A stretch of DNA of 63,785 nt, counting the filler, from Collodictyon triciliatum (lineage: Eukaryota): the NCBI GenBank assembly GCA_043381765.1. It is 16 parts of 16 records of this genome, joined end to end, with 100 filler letters (N's around TTAATTAATTAA, not from the genome) between each part and the next. Parts side by side here need not be neighbours in the genome. Positions count along the whole stretch, not along the records: positions 59,902 to 63,785 come from JBHJMP010006758.1; 15 more parts are not named here. One strand, written 5' to 3'. A model generated the notes under the pieces. The model saw nothing but the letters and a program-made list of their open reading frames with translations, had not been told where the DNA came from and made no database searches. Within the stretch, counting starts at the first letter, position 1. Each line of letters opens with the position of its first letter. Of this stretch, positions 60,017 to 63,785 are shown piece by piece. Both the position numbers and the translations under genes were made by a program.

Positions 60017-63000
60017 GGAGCATTCCAAATTTCAGTGGTATACTGGGTATCCTTGAAATAAACCTGTCATCCAATCAACTAGGCGGTATGAATATGCTCT
60101 AGTTTATATATTTTCCTTTTTTAATTTCATCTTTTCCCTCTTAGCCTTTCTTTCATTTTTATTTTTACCATTTTGTGTTTTCTGTTCTTCCTTTTATCTT
60201 TTCATATTCATTACGTATGTTTTATTTAATTTATATTATTAAAATTCAATACAATAAAGGATCAATCCCAAGTTTTGATAATCTCCCGAACTGCGAAACG
60301 ATTGACCTATCGAACAACCAATTGATAGGTGATAATTTTGATGTAATTTTTATAACCAAGAATAATTTTTTGATACATTCTATTTTCTTGCTCAAGAATT
60401 TTTGTATATAAAAAATAGGCACAATATCAGATTCTTTGAATCTTACTGGGGTTCATGTTATTGATTTTTCTGACAATAAATTGTCAGGTAAGTGCATTAT
60501 ACTCCTTGATTCAACTTCATATGCTTTTTTATTTTTCAAGTTGATACTCCTTTCTTTCATAGGAACTATTCCAAACTTCAGTGGGTTACCAATTATCGAA
60601 ATTATAGTATTATATTACAACACTTTAAAAGGTTTGTATTTTTTATCGCAACGCGATTTTTTCTAAATTTACCTGATTAATATAAAAGCATTTGAATTTT
60701 AAAATATTTTAATAAACTCAATTTGGGCTTAGGAAATATTCCAGACTTTATAAATATACCAAACTTAGTTGAGATGCATTTGTACGGAAATCAACTTAAT
60801 GGTTGTTTGATTCAATTTCTCTAATTTGTCTCAAAATATTGAAAATTTTATTTTATTTCTTGTTGCGCTGTAACAAGTCTAATATGATTTTACAGGAACT
60901 GTCCCTGATTTTTCTAATCTGAAGAATCTGTTCGGGCTATTTATTCCAAAGAATCAGATAGAAGGTGATACTCATATCAAGAATTATGCGCCCCTGTATT
61001 TTACATTATAATAGTGATTGATTTGTGGTTTTGAAAAATAGCTCTAATTCAAAATATAGGCACTATCCCAAACTTTACAAGTCTCTTAAGGCTCGAATAC
61101 TTTTATGCATTCGATAATAATTTGAAGGGAAGTATCCCTAGTTTTGAGAACTGTCCGTCCATGCATGAGATCGAGAAAGATAGCAATACATTGGACGGCT
61201 CGTTGCCTTCACTGGATTTATGTTCGCTAGTGTCCATTGACGTAAGCGAAAAAGAAATAGCAGGCTCTATTCCATTCAATTGGAACATACCAAATATTGA
61301 GTACATTTATTTGTCATTCAATTCATTGGAAGGGGACGTACCCACCAATTTCGGAAATTTCGAAAACTTGATACATCTTGACCTATCACATAATCAAATC
61401 TCTGGAAGTATGCCAACAAGATTATGGAATCTCCCAAAGCTTGTAACGATTGATTTGAGAAACAATTCATTTAATGGAGAAGTTAGTTCATTTATCATCG
61501 ATTTCAACGGAAATCAAGAGTATTACTTTGAAAATCTTATTCTTGATGACAATAATTTCTTTGGAGAGGTAAATTGGAAGTTTTTTGAATTTTTTGAAAA
61601 CCTCAAGACCTTCAGTTTGAGAAATAATCGAATCGAAAGACTTGAGGAGCCAGGGGTTCCAATAAGTTGGATTAAATTCGATGTCAGTGGAAATCCTGTG
61701 GCTGGAAGCATTCCCGAATCATATAGCCGTTTTTTATTCATCGAATACTTTGGACTGCAAAATACATACATGAATCACGGGACTTCAAATTTTATTCCTT
61801 CATTCATGAATCAAACAAGCACATACACTCTAGAGAAGGTATCCGACGCTTTTACATGTCCCTCTATTGTTACTATTTTGGGGTCAGTAGAAACCAAGGT
61901 TGATATGAATCCAGAGTACTTTAGCTACGGACTTTGTAAATGCCTCCCAGGATATTTTGGATTCGGAAATAAGTGTGTTGAATGTCCCAAGGAGTGTGAT
62001 TGTCGAGACAGAATATCTTTAAAAAAGTGCTTTTTTACTCCTACAGTCACAAATATTGTGGATATAGTTCCTTGCATGAATCCAGAAATTTGCACATTCG
62101 ATATTGATAACTCTATGGAAATGAGAATGGAAGTGTATAATGGTACTTTTGTTTTCCCCTGCAAAGAGGGATACACAGGAAGGAGCTGTTCTACCTGTGC
62201 AGAGGGTTATCTTTTTGATAGTGGGGAGTGCAACCTGTGCTCTTCTGATTATTCAACTCTCAAGATTATCGCATTTGTCGTAGCTCTCTTTTTTGGCATC
62301 TTGTATCAAGTGGGAGCAGCTTGGATTGGGGAAAGTACACAAGAGGATGAGGAAAGCGTACCAGATGACGAGGAAGTTCAAGAACAAGATTCAGGTATAC
62401 CAAACATATAATTATAATATTTCAAATTTTCTAATTTTTTTTATTTTGCGCAGCTTCCGTGGATATTTTCTTATTTTACACTCAGATTCTTCAAATTCTG
62501 GGAAATATTGTAACTATACCAGATATCAACATTGCTGGCAAATTTGTTGGTAATGTTTTTTCGCTCAAGCTACCAACTCTTGAATGCATCGTCGGTAATC
62601 ATCCCCATATCACGTCTCTTTTAAACTTGGCTCGTATACCTTCAATTCTCCTTATCGCTGTGCTGGGATTGAAGAAGTTTCTAGCGAATGGGGACAAAAG
62701 AAATGTTGAAAAGGTACTGAACATTCATTTTTTGTTTAAATTTATTTAAGTTGCGATAAAGGATTCAGTTTTAATACATATATTCTACGCTTTTTTTAAA
62801 ATATTAATATTGAGAGCAACCATCCAAACCTATAGGTGGTGGCAGTTATGTTCATTTTTTTGGAAGGTACTTACTTTTCCGTAGCCCAAGATGTCATAAG
62901 CACCTTCGGATGCACTCTATACGATAAAGGGTTTGAAAAATGGTTTGTGAACACGTACCCATGGATTCAGTGTGACCCTGTGACAGACAGCTATGCTAAA

Positions 63001-63651
63001 ATGCTCTTTGCCGCTATTCCTGGGTTGATTTATATGATGCTGTATCCCACATTCCTGTGGCTCATCGTCCTTCGAGCTAGGAAAATGAGGCGAGGGAGCG
63101 AAGTGGTAGAAGGCATTCTTGGAAACGATGTATATTAAATTAAAATAATATTCCTTCCATGATTTGCTCCTAAATGATCTATTTATCAAAAGGCTGTCAA
63201 TCTCAGTGAATACGAAACTATCGGTATCGAAATGGACTGTATCGAAAGAAAAAGTAACGTAGAGGCTGAAAACCCATGTGAAGAAGGAGCAATCGATGAA
63301 GAGATGACGCAGTCGTCATCGAGCCCGGAAAGCAAATCTAACTCCAAAGATAAGAAGGAAAGACATACGGAAAATCAAACAAGTGGCTTGAATTTGTCTC
63401 TACCAATATTTGATCTTATATGCCAGATACAAATTGCCCGGTTTTCCTCTATATATGAACAGGTGAGACACGCTTTCATGCAAAAACTTGTATGTTGCAA
63501 AAATAATACTAATTTTCGTCTCATATCCCAAGAAATACGATTGGTGGGTAGTTGTACGTGTTTTTCAGTCGATATTGTTCGGATTCACGGCTTTTATTGT
63601 TCCGTACACTTCACCTGCCATCTTGTATTTTGTGTTTTTCATTCTGATTCA
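60017..63651 (+). CDS. LRR + Cys-rich + multipass membrane receptor-like protein, partial
   Basis: Six 69-nt single-LRR exons, then a large exon 61060-62394 with GSIP-type LRRs and CKEGYTGRSCSTC. Membrane exons follow with YTQIL, TFGC, TYPWIQC and YDWWVVVR. Confidence 0.9.
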
Positions 63652-63785
63652 GGTTTGGCATGATTATTTTCCTTTTTCTTCTGTTCTCTTTTTCTTTTTC
63701 TTTTTCTTTTTCTTTTTCTTTTTCTTTTTCTTTTTCTTTTTCTTTTTCTTTTTCTTTTTCTTTTCTTTTTCTTTTTCTTTTTCTT

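Overview
This is not one continuous locus. It is 16 unrelated ~3.9-kb eukaryotic contigs joined by an artificial N44-TTAATTAATTAA-N44 linker, so adjacency across linkers has no biological meaning. The DNA is AT-rich, microsatellite-rich and mostly intron-rich, and reads in the standard genetic code, consistent with a protist. Recognisable genes, mostly partial, are: CCR4/nocturnin-type EEP nuclease, ankyrin protein, tRNA-Val(GAC), signal-peptide WD40 array, WD40-Cys-rich-multipass membrane receptor, bZIP factor, cyclophilin, extended SDR, DOCK GEF, DUF5690 membrane protein, HBS1, POLE3/DPB4-like first exon, NTA1-like amidase, beta-tubulin, a glycine-rich membrane protein and an LRR-Cys-rich-multipass receptor. 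The most interesting signals are four. (1) Three ultra-short (~18-28 nt) insertions flanked by target-site duplications start at nearly the same base and match the 3' end of a LINE-like element also present here. (2) A candidate modular receptor family has a hypervariable extracellular WD40 array or one-LRR-per-exon ectodomain on a shared membrane module. (3) A decayed Fanzor1 is followed by a candidate omegaRNA. (4) One intronless, tightly packed contig looks virus-like. All family assignments are by-eye motif recognition, not database searches.
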